The position numbers were made by a program, and so were the translations under genes. From the NCBI GenBank assembly GCA_003518055.1, contig DOZJ01000006.1:201631-265630 (forward strand): DNA of 64,000 bases, read 5' to 3'. The notes under the pieces are model-generated. The model searched no databases and was not told where the DNA came from. It worked only from the letters and a program-made list of their open reading frames with translations. Positions 16,775-23,945 of this stretch are shown in pieces (position 1 is the stretch's first letter; each line of letters begins with the position of its first letter). This DNA is from Candidatus Falkowbacteria bacterium. GTDB taxonomy: Bacteria; Patescibacteriota; Patescibacteriia; UBA11705.

Positions 16775-18061
16775 ATGAAAGCAATTATGAAGAAATTACT
16801 GCAAAAAATATTGGCTTATTATTCAAAAAAAATATTGCTCAAATATAAACCAAGGGTGATTGGAATCACCGGTTCAATTGGAAAAACTTCGACCAAGGAA
16901 GCGGTTTTTGCCGTGGTGAAAACAAAGTTCCGGGCGCGGCAAAATATTAAAAACTATAATAATGAAATTGGGGTGCCGCTCACGGTAATTGGAGCTGAAA
17001 CAGGCGGACGGTCAATTGGCGGTTGGTGGCGAGTGTGGCGGCAGGCGATTAAGCTGTTGACTTCAACCGATGATAATTATCCGGAAATTTTGGTTTTGGA
17101 GATGGGCGCGGATAAACCGGGTGATATCGAGTATCTGGTTGATGTGGCGTCTTGTGATATTGGGGTGGTAACAAAAGTGGCGCCGGCTCACGTGGAGTTT
17201 TTCGGTTCAATCGAGGAAATCGCCAAAGAAAAAAAGAAAATTGTCACTCATATTGATAAAGATGGATTTGCTGTGTTGAATTTTGATGATAATCGAGTGA
17301 AAAACATGGCTAAACAGGTAAAGGCCAAAGTGGTGTCTTATGGTTTCGCTCCCGAGGCGGCGGTCCGAGCGATTGAGCTGACCAGTCAGGGGCAGGGAAT
17401 TAATTTATCAGGATTACAATTTAAACTATCTTATGGCGGAAGTTCGGTGCCGGTTTCAATTCCGGGTGTGATCGGCGGTCATCAGATATACGCGGCCTTG
17501 GCGGCGGCGGCTGTCGGCGTCTGTCTTGGGTTAAATATTCTGGAGATTTCCGATGGGTTGAAAAATTATCAGGCGCCGAAAGGCCGAATGCGGCTTTTGC
17601 CCGGAATAAATGGTTCTCTGCTGGTTGATGATACATATAACTCTTCACCCGAAGCAGCTAAAGCGGCGGTCGAGGCGGTCGGAAAGATTGAGACCGTCGG
17701 ATCGAGGGTGGCCGTGCTGGGTGATATGCTGGAATTGGGTGAAATATCAAATGAAGAACATCAGAATTTGGGCCGAGAAATCGCTGTTAATGGTTTTGAT
17801 GTTTTGGCGGCGGTGGGAAAATATCGACAAGAAATAATTAAGGGAGCCAAAGCAAGCGGTTTTGGCGGCTTGATTTTGGACTTTGAGCAATCAGATGGAG
17901 TGTCTGAGGAACTTGTTCATGGGTTAAAATCAGGCGATGTGGTTTTGGTGAAGGGTTCTCAGGGGTCAAGAATGGAGAAAGTGGTTCGAGGCTTGCTGGC
18001 TGATCCGAGCCGCGCGAGTGAGTGGCTGGTTCGGCAGGACGGAAAGTGGCTAAAAAATTAA
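16775..18061 (+). CDS. murF: UDP-N-acetylmuramoyl-tripeptide--D-alanyl-D-alanine ligase MurF
   Basis: 428 aa Mur ligase with a GITGSIGKTSTKE P-loop and a C-terminal Mur ligase domain. Its position after ftsI fits murF. Confidence 0.8.
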   Translation: MKAIMKKLLQKILAYYSKKILLKYKPRVIGITGSIGKTSTKEAVFAVVKTKFRARQNIKNYNNEIGVPLTVIGAETGGRSIGGWWRVWRQAIKLLTSTDDNYPEILVLEMGADKPGDIEYLVDVASCDIGVVTKVAPAHVEFFGSIEEIAKEKKKIVTHIDKDGFAVLNFDDNRVKNMAKQVKAKVVSYGFAPEAAVRAIELTSQGQGINLSGLQFKLSYGGSSVPVSIPGVIGGHQIYAALAAAAVGVCLGLNILEISDGLKNYQAPKGRMRLLPGINGSLLVDDTYNSSPEAAKAAVEAVGKIETVGSRVAVLGDMLELGEISNEEHQNLGREIAVNGFDVLAAVGKYRQEIIKGAKASGFGGLILDFEQSDGVSEELVHGLKSGDVVLVKGSQGSRMEKVVRGLLADPSRASEWLVRQDGKWLKN

Positions 18062-18107
18062 TCATTTAATTTTGTAAAATATTGACAATGTAAACAAGGG
18101 GGGATCA

Positions 18108-18404
18108 ATGCCCGGGTTCAACGAAGCACGGGTAAGAAAATTTTTTAAGCAGGTTTTGGGGCGGAATTTTTTGAAAATAATGTTCGATGAAATTGATTCA
18201 ACCTTGACGATTGAGTTTGAGGCATTCAATGATGTTATTGATTTTTCGCTAAAAAGGTATTTGATGGTGCAAAAAGTTTTTGGCGCTGAAGATGTGTTGG
18301 GAACGGTAAAATTGATGGAATATCCCAAGACGTCACGTCATTCGGCGACGAGATGTAAGAGAGTGATCATCTCGGTGTTGAAAGTTTCCTCTTGGCCCGA
18401 ATGA
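18108..18404 (+). CDS. hypothetical protein (98 aa)
   Basis: Intact ORF with a terminator hairpin at 18404-18440. Confidence 0.35.
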   Translation: MPGFNEARVRKFFKQVLGRNFLKIMFDEIDSTLTIEFEAFNDVIDFSLKRYLMVQKVFGAEDVLGTVKLMEYPKTSRHSATRCKRVIISVLKVSSWPE

Positions 18405-18497
18405 TCTCCTGATAATGTCAGGAGATTTTTAATTTTTAGTTGATTGACGAAAGGAAAAAATGATGATAGAATATTTTTGTTATTTCTTGTTTTTTTT

Positions 18498-18572
18498 GCC
18501 TCCATCGTCTAGCGGTTAGGACATCGCCTTCTCACGGCGGAAACCGGGGTTCGATTCCCCGTGGAGGTACCA
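18498..18572 (+). tRNA. tRNA-Glu (anticodon CUC)
   Basis: 75-nt cloverleaf with acceptor GCCTCCA/TGGAGGT, a CTC anticodon in the loop cTTCTCAc, a GGTTCGATTCC T-arm and an encoded CCA end. Preceded by a TTGACG-N17-TAGAAT promoter at ~18446-18475. Confidence 0.85.
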
Positions 18573-18592
18573 GCCTACGCTCTTACTGCGTA

Positions 18593-18690
18593 GAGCTTCG
18601 GCTGGCACGGCCAGTACTATAGCTTTTTAAATGAGCTTCGGCTGGCACGGCCAGTACTATAGCTTTTTAAATGAGCTTCGGCTGGCGAGC
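18593..18690 (+). repeat. 40-bp tandem repeat x2.5 (GAGCTTCGGCTGGCACGGCCAGTACTATAGCTTTTTAAAT) immediately 3' of tRNA-Glu
   Basis: Two perfect copies and one partial copy. Each unit contains a CTGGC-acg-GCCAG hairpin followed by a T-run. Confidence 0.85.
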
Positions 18691-18714
18691 CAATATTGGC
18701 GAGATAAGGGGGAA

Positions 18715-18745
18715 AGAGAATTGAGAGATTAAGAGAATTAAGAAA
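18715..18745. repeat. repeat family R3, solo copy
   Basis: AGAGAATTGAGAGATTAAGAGAATTAAGAAA. Confidence 0.7.
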
Positions 18746-18814
18746 TGTAATTTGTAGAAATAGTAAAAAGTAAAAATACTGAAATATACATAAATAAAAG
18801 CGCGTGATGGCGTG

Positions 18815-18852
18815 TTTTTTTTGTACGAAAAAACCTGAACGATGTCAGGTTT
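18815..18852 (-). terminator. rho-independent terminator of the GC-rich cassette A (minus strand)
   Basis: AAACCTGAacgatgTCAGGTTT hairpin, followed on the minus strand by a T-run. Confidence 0.6.
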
Positions 18853-18883
18853 GGGGAAGTTGAGGCGGGAAAGAACTGGTGGG

Positions 18884-19429
18884 CTAGAGGTGGAAGTCGG
18901 TGCAGATGATGGATTCGAGCATGTTGTAGGAGTCGTCCCATTCGGGATGCTCGGGGTCGTGGCAGCGGAGGTCGGGCAGGTCGTCGGCGAAGGTGCCTTG
19001 GGTGACGGTGCCGGCGGGAACGGTGCGTCTGGTGCGGATGGCGACCGTGAGCTCGGCCACGGTCTGCAGCGCGATGATGTCGGGGTGGGTCGGGTCTCCG
19101 GTTTCGCGCAGGATCTCGATGGCGCGTCGGGCGTGATTCGGGCCGTAGTAGAAGTTGTACTGGCCCGTCTCGATCTTCCCGTGCTTCTTCACGTCGCCGA
19201 AGTCGATCACGAAGCGCTTGCCGCCGGCCCAGTCGATGTAGAAGCGGCTGGTGGCGTGTTCGAGCAGAATGGCGAGCGCCCCCACGTCGTCGATGATGTT
19301 GGGGGTGGGGTCGGCGGCGCTGACGCCGAACTTGACGCCGGCGTTGTACAGAGCCGCCAGAATATCTTCCTCGACGAGTCCTTGAACGTCCACGATGCTG
19401 TCGTGGGTGCAGGTGCGATCGAATGGCAT
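18884..19429 (-). CDS. hypothetical protein encoded in GC-rich island A (181 aa)
   Basis: Body ~65% GC against ~40% in the flanks. AAGGAGGAGG RBS and the shared TTGACT-N17-TATAAT promoter immediately upstream, with a terminator downstream. The overlapping plus-strand ORF is regarded as a GC artefact. Confidence 0.55.
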   Translation of the reverse strand: MPFDRTCTHDSIVDVQGLVEEDILAALYNAGVKFGVSAADPTPNIIDDVGALAILLEHATSRFYIDWAGGKRFVIDFGDVKKHGKIETGQYNFYYGPNHARRAIEILRETGDPTHPDIIALQTVAELTVAIRTRRTVPAGTVTQGTFADDLPDLRCHDPEHPEWDDSYNMLESIICTDFHL

Positions 19430-19490
19430 GGTTTTCTCCTCCTCCTTAAAGCGGCCGTTGAGAGCGAAGGAACAGTTGAATTAACTTTAA

Positions 19491-19519
19491 ATTATATCAT
19501 ATATTTATCAAAAAGTCAA
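19491..19519 (-). promoter_or_regulatory. shared promoter module, copy A (TTGACTTTTT-N-TATGATATAAT)
   Basis: Minus-strand -35 TTGACT and -10 TATAAT with a 17-nt spacer. A near-identical 35-nt module recurs at 50097-50128 and 55685-55716. Confidence 0.7.
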
Positions 19520-19753
19520 TAGGCTGGGGGGCGGTTATTGTTTAAACGATATGAGCAGCCTTTATTTGGCTTAAAATGGACGATATTTGTCCTTGGTGGA
19601 ATTGTGTATTATTAATGAACCATGAAGAGCATTTTTTTTGTTGTGAAAAAAAGGAATATTGGGTATAATTTATGGCAGAAGTATAATTGACGTCGGAGAA
19701 ATAAAGCTTAAAAGGATTATAAAAAATAAGTTTATAAATTTAATTTTAATTAT

Positions 19754-19987
19754 ATGGGATTTTTTGATGTGTTCAAACCTAAAGTTGAGCCAGTTCAATC
19801 AGCAGTGGTTGAAAAGCCGAATCTAGATCGAGATACAGCCGTGGCGACAGAGGCTGTGGTTTTGGCGACGGCGCGGGAAACCGTGGGGGAAAACGGACGT
19901 TTGATTGTTGAATTGTTGGATCAGTCAACTCAGTATTTTGCTAATAGCGATCGGGTGCCTGAGCACCAAGAAGGTGAAGCTGCTTAA
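19754..19987 (+). CDS. hypothetical protein (77 aa)
   Basis: ORF with an extended -10 (TGgGTATAAT) upstream. Confidence 0.35.
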   Translation: MGFFDVFKPKVEPVQSAVVEKPNLDRDTAVATEAVVLATARETVGENGRLIVELLDQSTQYFANSDRVPEHQEGEAA

Positions 19988-20016
19988 CAAGCATAATTTA
20001 AAATAAAATTAAAAAT

Positions 20017-20307
20017 ATGGATCGAGACGAAAAATTCAATAAAGTCGTGGAAATGATGAATCGCGCTGAAACCGATCCGAGGCAGCAGGAGCATTTGAGA
20101 GTGTTTTTGTTTCAAATGATTGAGAAACCGGAATTTGATCGGTTGGTGGAGTTGTTTGATAAAAATCATGAATTATTTGATAAGTTTGTTCGTATTTTTG
20201 AATTAAAGTTGAAGTTTTTTGAATTCGGTGATGATGAGGCTTCATGGAATCATCTGATGGACGAAGAAAAAGAGGCGGTGTTGATGGCGGAGAAGTCGGC
20301 AAATTAA
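20017..20307 (+). CDS. hypothetical protein (96 aa, acidic, helical)
   Basis: Intact ORF with an R2 palindrome ~55 nt downstream. Confidence 0.35.
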   Translation: MDRDEKFNKVVEMMNRAETDPRQQEHLRVFLFQMIEKPEFDRLVELFDKNHELFDKFVRIFELKLKFFEFGDDEASWNHLMDEEKEAVLMAEKSAN

Positions 20308-20357
20308 TGGAAATTGATCCCGCTCCTTACGAGGCGTGGGATTGATGGAAATAAATA

Positions 20358-20409
20358 TCCGCCAAAGGACGCCTGCCTGCCGGTAGGCAGGGATGCGCCT
20401 CTGGCGCAG
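20358..20409. repeat. repeat family R2 (extended copy, identical in its outer arms to the 7533-7588 copy)
   Basis: ATCCGCCAAAGGACGCCTGCCTGCCGGTAGGCAGGGATGCGCCTCTGGCGCAG. Confidence 0.85.
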
Positions 20410-20543
20410 AAATTACTAGGCAGGTAAAAATATAAGCCGCTTCGGGGAAGCGGTTTTTGGTTTATCCACAGGTGGGTTTTGACGTTCGGTTTTTGTTTGG
20501 GTATAGTGGAGGTAGGCGAACAAGAAGCGAACAGAAGAAAGAT

Positions 20544-20584
20544 AATTGAGAGATTAAGAGAATTAAGAGATTGAGAGAGTGAGT
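20544..20584. repeat. R3 left inverted repeat flanking the four-helix-bundle gene
   Basis: AATTGAGAGATTAAGAGAATTAAGAGATTGAGAGAGTGAG, the reverse complement of the right-hand repeat at 20977-21015. Confidence 0.75.
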
Positions 20585-20609
20585 TAAAAAAAAGACAAAA
20601 TATTATTTT

Positions 20610-20981
20610 ATGCCTACTTCATATCGAGAATTAAGAATTTGGAAGAAAGGATACGATCTTCTTTTGGAGGTTTATGAAATAACGAGTCATTATCCAAATG
20701 GTGAAAAATTTGGCTTGGTTTCTGATACTAGACGTTCGGCTAATTCGATTATCGCCAATATTGCGGAAAGCCATGGGCGTTATTACTTTCTGGATAAAAT
20801 TAGGGTTTTATATATTGCTAGGGGTGAAGTTGAGGAAGTGAGAAGTCATTTAGAAGTGGCTTTTGGGGTGAATTATTTAACACAAGAAGTTTATAAAAAA
20901 TTAGATTTAGAGTATCAAGGTTTATTAATTGGTTTAAATGAATACATAAACAGCATTTTTAAAGAAAAAAATAAAACTTAA
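20610..20981 (+). CDS. four-helix-bundle protein (23S rRNA intervening-sequence protein / Avd-like family)
   Basis: 123 aa. YRELRIWKKGYDLLLEVYEITSHYP...GLVSDTRRSANSIIANIAESHGR matches the PF05635/TIGR02436 signature. Confidence 0.8.
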   Translation: MPTSYRELRIWKKGYDLLLEVYEITSHYPNGEKFGLVSDTRRSANSIIANIAESHGRYYFLDKIRVLYIARGEVEEVRSHLEVAFGVNYLTQEVYKKLDLEYQGLLIGLNEYINSIFKEKNKT

Positions 20982-21015
20982 TTCTCTTAATCTCTTTTTA
21001 TTCACTTAATTCTCT
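20977..21015. repeat. R3 right inverted repeat flanking the four-helix-bundle gene
   Basis: CTTAATTCTCTTAATCTCTTTTTATTCACTTAATTCTCT. Confidence 0.75.
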
Positions 21016-21023
21016 AAAAACAT

Positions 21024-21626
21024 ATGACTTTAAGCAAGCGTCAAAGTGAAATTCTCAGTTTTATAAAAGAATTTGTCCGTGATTATGATTATTCGCCGAG
21101 TTATCGCGAGATCGGGGAAGCCATGGGAATTTCTTCGCCGGCGACGATTCATCAGCATATGCAGACGCTCAAGGCCAAGGGATATCTGGATATTGATCCG
21201 AACGCGCCGCGGTCATTGCAGCTAACTAGCAAGGTGATGAAATTGGGCAAGAGCATTGAGCTGCCCCTTCAGGGGTTGATTGCCGCGGGTGAGCCGATTG
21301 AGGCGGTGATGCAGAATGAAACTATCGCGGTGCCGGTTGATTTTGTCACCAACGACAATTCTTACGTTTTGAAGGTCAAGGGGTTATCGATGATTGATGA
21401 GGGAATTTGGGATGGCGATTATGTGGTGGTGGAATACAACCCATCACCTAAAAATGGGGATGTGGTTGTGGCCTTGCTTGATAATGCTTATGTGACATTG
21501 AAAAAGTTTTTTCGGGAAAAGACTCGCATTCGATTACAGCCGGCCAATGCCAGCATGAAACCGATTTACTGTAAGGATGTGATTATTCGGGGTGTGGTCA
21601 AGGCGATTATAAGAAAGTTCGCGTGA
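21024..21626 (+). CDS. lexA: LexA repressor (S24 peptidase)
   Basis: 200 aa with an N-terminal wHTH, an AAGEP cleavage region, and a catalytic Ser (GLSMIDEGI) and Lys (VTLKKF). Confidence 0.85.
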   Translation: MTLSKRQSEILSFIKEFVRDYDYSPSYREIGEAMGISSPATIHQHMQTLKAKGYLDIDPNAPRSLQLTSKVMKLGKSIELPLQGLIAAGEPIEAVMQNETIAVPVDFVTNDNSYVLKVKGLSMIDEGIWDGDYVVVEYNPSPKNGDVVVALLDNAYVTLKKFFREKTRIRLQPANASMKPIYCKDVIIRGVVKAIIRKFA

Positions 21627-21918
21627 TGATTAAAAAGAATGGAGGCAGGATGAATCAAGTTCAGAGTTTGGCTACTGGTAGGAGATGCTGAAACGAGTTC
21701 AGCATGACGATAATTCAGGTTTGGTCATTCTGAACTTGCTAATAGATGTAATAAAAATAAATAAATAAATAACTAACTAAGGGGGCTCGTTTATTGGGTA
21801 ATTTACAAGCATGGTTATCCAACAGCGTTTCCCCCGCCAAAACAAAAATGTATGTCAAAAAGAAAAGTCCGGTCGTTTTATCGACGTTATTTCAAGGCGT
21901 ATTTTGAAGCATTAACAA

Positions 21919-22179
21919 TTGAAGTTTAATTCTATGTACAGCAAAATAAACGAAAAAATTGAAGTCTTGTGCGCTTACGTCAAAAATAAATCTTTGCCGC
22001 TGTATTTCCGCTGGGGTGAGAAAAAATATAAGGTTGATAAAGTTAATTTGGTTCATTCGATGAGGCGCGGTCGTGATAAGCTGTATTTTTATTCAGTCAG
22101 TAACAAAGATAATTTTTTTAAGTTATGTTTTGATACGGAAAAAAATCAGTGGATGCTGGTGGAAAGATTTTGCCAATAG
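21919..22179 (+). CDS. hypothetical protein (86 aa)
   Basis: ORF only. Confidence 0.3.
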   Translation: MKFNSMYSKINEKIEVLCAYVKNKSLPLYFRWGEKKYKVDKVNLVHSMRRGRDKLYFYSVSNKDNFFKLCFDTEKNQWMLVERFCQ

Positions 22180-22196
22180 AAATAAAATATTAATTT

Positions 22197-22643
22197 ATGC
22201 CTGATAGACACAGCCTGATTCACGCTTCCTACTTGGTTTTAATTAAGGATAATAAAGTGCTTTTGGCTCGAAGAATCAATACTGGTTATGAAGACGGGAA
22301 TTATTCTCTGATAGCCGGTCATGTGGAGCGGAGTGAAACTTTCACTGAATGTGTAATCAGGGAATCCATGGAGGAGGGGCGGATTATAATTAAAGCTGAG
22401 GATTTGCGAGTGGTTCATGTAATGCAGAGAAATTCTAAAGAAAAAGTAGCTAATGAACGGCTCGATGTGTTTTTCGTCGCGGAAAAGTGGTCCGGCGAGC
22501 CGATGATTAATGAACCACATAAGTGCGATTATATGGGTTGGTTTGACATGGATCATTTACCTGAGAATATCATTCCATATATCAAACACGCTTTGGAACA
22601 GATTCAACGCCGGAATTTTTACAGCGAGTATGGCTGGCATTAA
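22197..22643 (+). CDS. NUDIX hydrolase
   Basis: Nudix box GHVERSETFTECVIRESMEEGRI (GX5EX7REUXEEXGU). Confidence 0.8.
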   Translation: MPDRHSLIHASYLVLIKDNKVLLARRINTGYEDGNYSLIAGHVERSETFTECVIRESMEEGRIIIKAEDLRVVHVMQRNSKEKVANERLDVFFVAEKWSGEPMINEPHKCDYMGWFDMDHLPENIIPYIKHALEQIQRRNFYSEYGWH

Positions 22644-22764
22644 TTAGTGTAGAAAGTTTTTGTTAATAGAACGTGAAATTTATTTATGAATACTTTTGTT
22701 CTTGAATAAAAAAGACAATCCGATTGGGGATTGTTTTTATAATTTTGTCAGGAGTAGTTACTTC

Positions 22765-23082
22765 TTATCTGTAGCTATAATACTGCGGCTCGTCGGGCTG
22801 CGCATTTTTGTACAATTTTACCCCACCATAAGTAAAACCAATTATGCCGCAGCTGGTAATGATAGCAAGTGCGATACTTGCCCCGATTTGTTTCATGATT
22901 GGAATCAGAGTGGGGTCAATGATCGCGGTAATGACGCCAATGACGTAGCTTATTGGGAGGCCTAGGAAGTAGAGAATTAGCCCTGAGCCAAAGAATCCGA
23001 TTGCACAGCCGATTAGCGCCCAAAACAGAAACTCCATAGTTATCCAGACCCAGCGATTAATATGGTTTTTGGCAGCTTCCAT
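22765..23082 (-). CDS. small membrane protein (glycine-zipper rich), member 3 of a tandem trio
   Basis: 105 aa with 2-3 TM helices and GxxxG motifs, paralogous in character to the two upstream genes. Confidence 0.45.
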   Translation of the reverse strand: MEAAKNHINRWVWITMEFLFWALIGCAIGFFGSGLILYFLGLPISYVIGVITAIIDPTLIPIMKQIGASIALAIITSCGIIGFTYGGVKLYKNAQPDEPQYYSYR

Positions 23083-23155
23083 TTCAGAACCTTCCCTTGT
23101 TGCGGTGATCGGAGACTAAATGAGATTGTTTTTGTTCTGGATGAAGATTCGATTT

Positions 23156-23467
23156 TTAGGCCGGAAGTGATTTCTTGTAGGCTTTTTTGCTAAAATCGAG
23201 GCCAAATAGAACGAAGCCAATGGAGCCTCCGACCCAAATCCCTATGGGATAAATCCACTGGAAGAAAAATATCACGGTATCATGCAGAGATGTGGTGGAA
23301 AAAAGAAAGCTATACGCGGGTGAAAGAAGGTAGGCAGCAAAGAAAATTCCGATAAGGGCTATTGCTGTAATTAGGCCTCCAATAATAGCACCCCCGATAC
23401 CGCCGCCAATGAAACCGCTAATTGACCAGAGAAAGGCTGAGAATTTTTTGGTTTTGAATTGGTTCAT
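23156..23467 (-). CDS. small membrane protein (glycine-zipper rich), member 2 of a tandem trio
   Basis: 103 aa with a GGGIGGAIIGGLITAIALIG glycine-zipper TM. Confidence 0.45.
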   Translation of the reverse strand: MNQFKTKKFSAFLWSISGFIGGGIGGAIIGGLITAIALIGIFFAAYLLSPAYSFLFSTTSLHDTVIFFFQWIYPIGIWVGGSIGFVLFGLDFSKKAYKKSLPA

Positions 23468-23515
23468 GTTGAATCCTTTCTTTGGCGATGGGTTTTATGA
23501 TTAAAATGTCTCTGA

Positions 23516-23812
23516 TTAATCTTTTTTCAAATCCCAGTATACACCGTCTAGGGCACAGTATACTCCACCCCAGATTAGTCCAATGGCAATGCCCATGATA
23601 TAGCAGATATATCTAAGAGTTATTCCGAATTGTTGAACTGCTGGAATGGATTCAGGGCTAAAAGTTTGAATAAACGCATAGGCGATATTGCTGATAATGA
23701 CAGCCAAGACGAGTGCGATAGCGAATCCGCAGATAGCTCCGAAAGCGCCGCCGGCAAGAAACCAGCTGGTAGCGATTCCTGCATTTCGAATTGTGGCCAT
23801 GGTTCTTGTCAT
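23516..23812 (-). CDS. small membrane protein (glycine-zipper rich), member 1 of a tandem trio
   Basis: 98 aa. Strong TTGACA-N17-TAATAT promoter at 23850-23878 (minus) and an AAAGGAGG RBS. Confidence 0.5.
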   Translation of the reverse strand: MTRTMATIRNAGIATSWFLAGGAFGAICGFAIALVLAVIISNIAYAFIQTFSPESIPAVQQFGITLRYICYIMGIAIGLIWGGVYCALDGVYWDLKKD

Positions 23813-23849
23813 GTTGGTCCTCCTTTTGTGTGGGCTGGCGGAATAGTGA

Positions 23850-23878
23850 ATATTAACCTTTTAAAAATAAGTTGTCAA
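23850..23878 (-). promoter_or_regulatory. promoter of the small-membrane-protein operon (divergent from dinB)
   Basis: On the minus strand, TTGACA (plus 23873-23878) with a 17-nt spacer and TAATAT (plus 23850-23855). Confidence 0.55.
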
Positions 23879-23945
23879 TCCTGTCTCTCGTCCCGATTTT
23901 CGCGAAGGGCGGGATGGCGAGAAGCGGGATCAATGTTTTTGAGAT

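Noticed and set aside
18593-18690. Possible CRISPR array downstream of tRNA-Glu
   Set aside because: Only 2.5 contiguous identical 40-bp units are present, with no intervening unique spacers and no cas genes in the window. It is a simple tandem repeat.
18842-19522. 226-aa plus-strand ORF overlapping GC island A
   Set aside because: It runs antisense to the promoter, RBS and terminator-equipped minus-strand ORF. In 65% GC DNA long stop-free frames arise by chance on both strands, and its product is a low-complexity G/A/V/D repeat.
12386-21015. R3 motif (TTAAGAGAATTAAGAGA) as a LexA operator
   Set aside because: It occurs upstream of lexA but not upstream of dinB, and it also flanks the four-helix-bundle gene as inverted copies. 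A repeat or IVS-stem role explains the distribution better.
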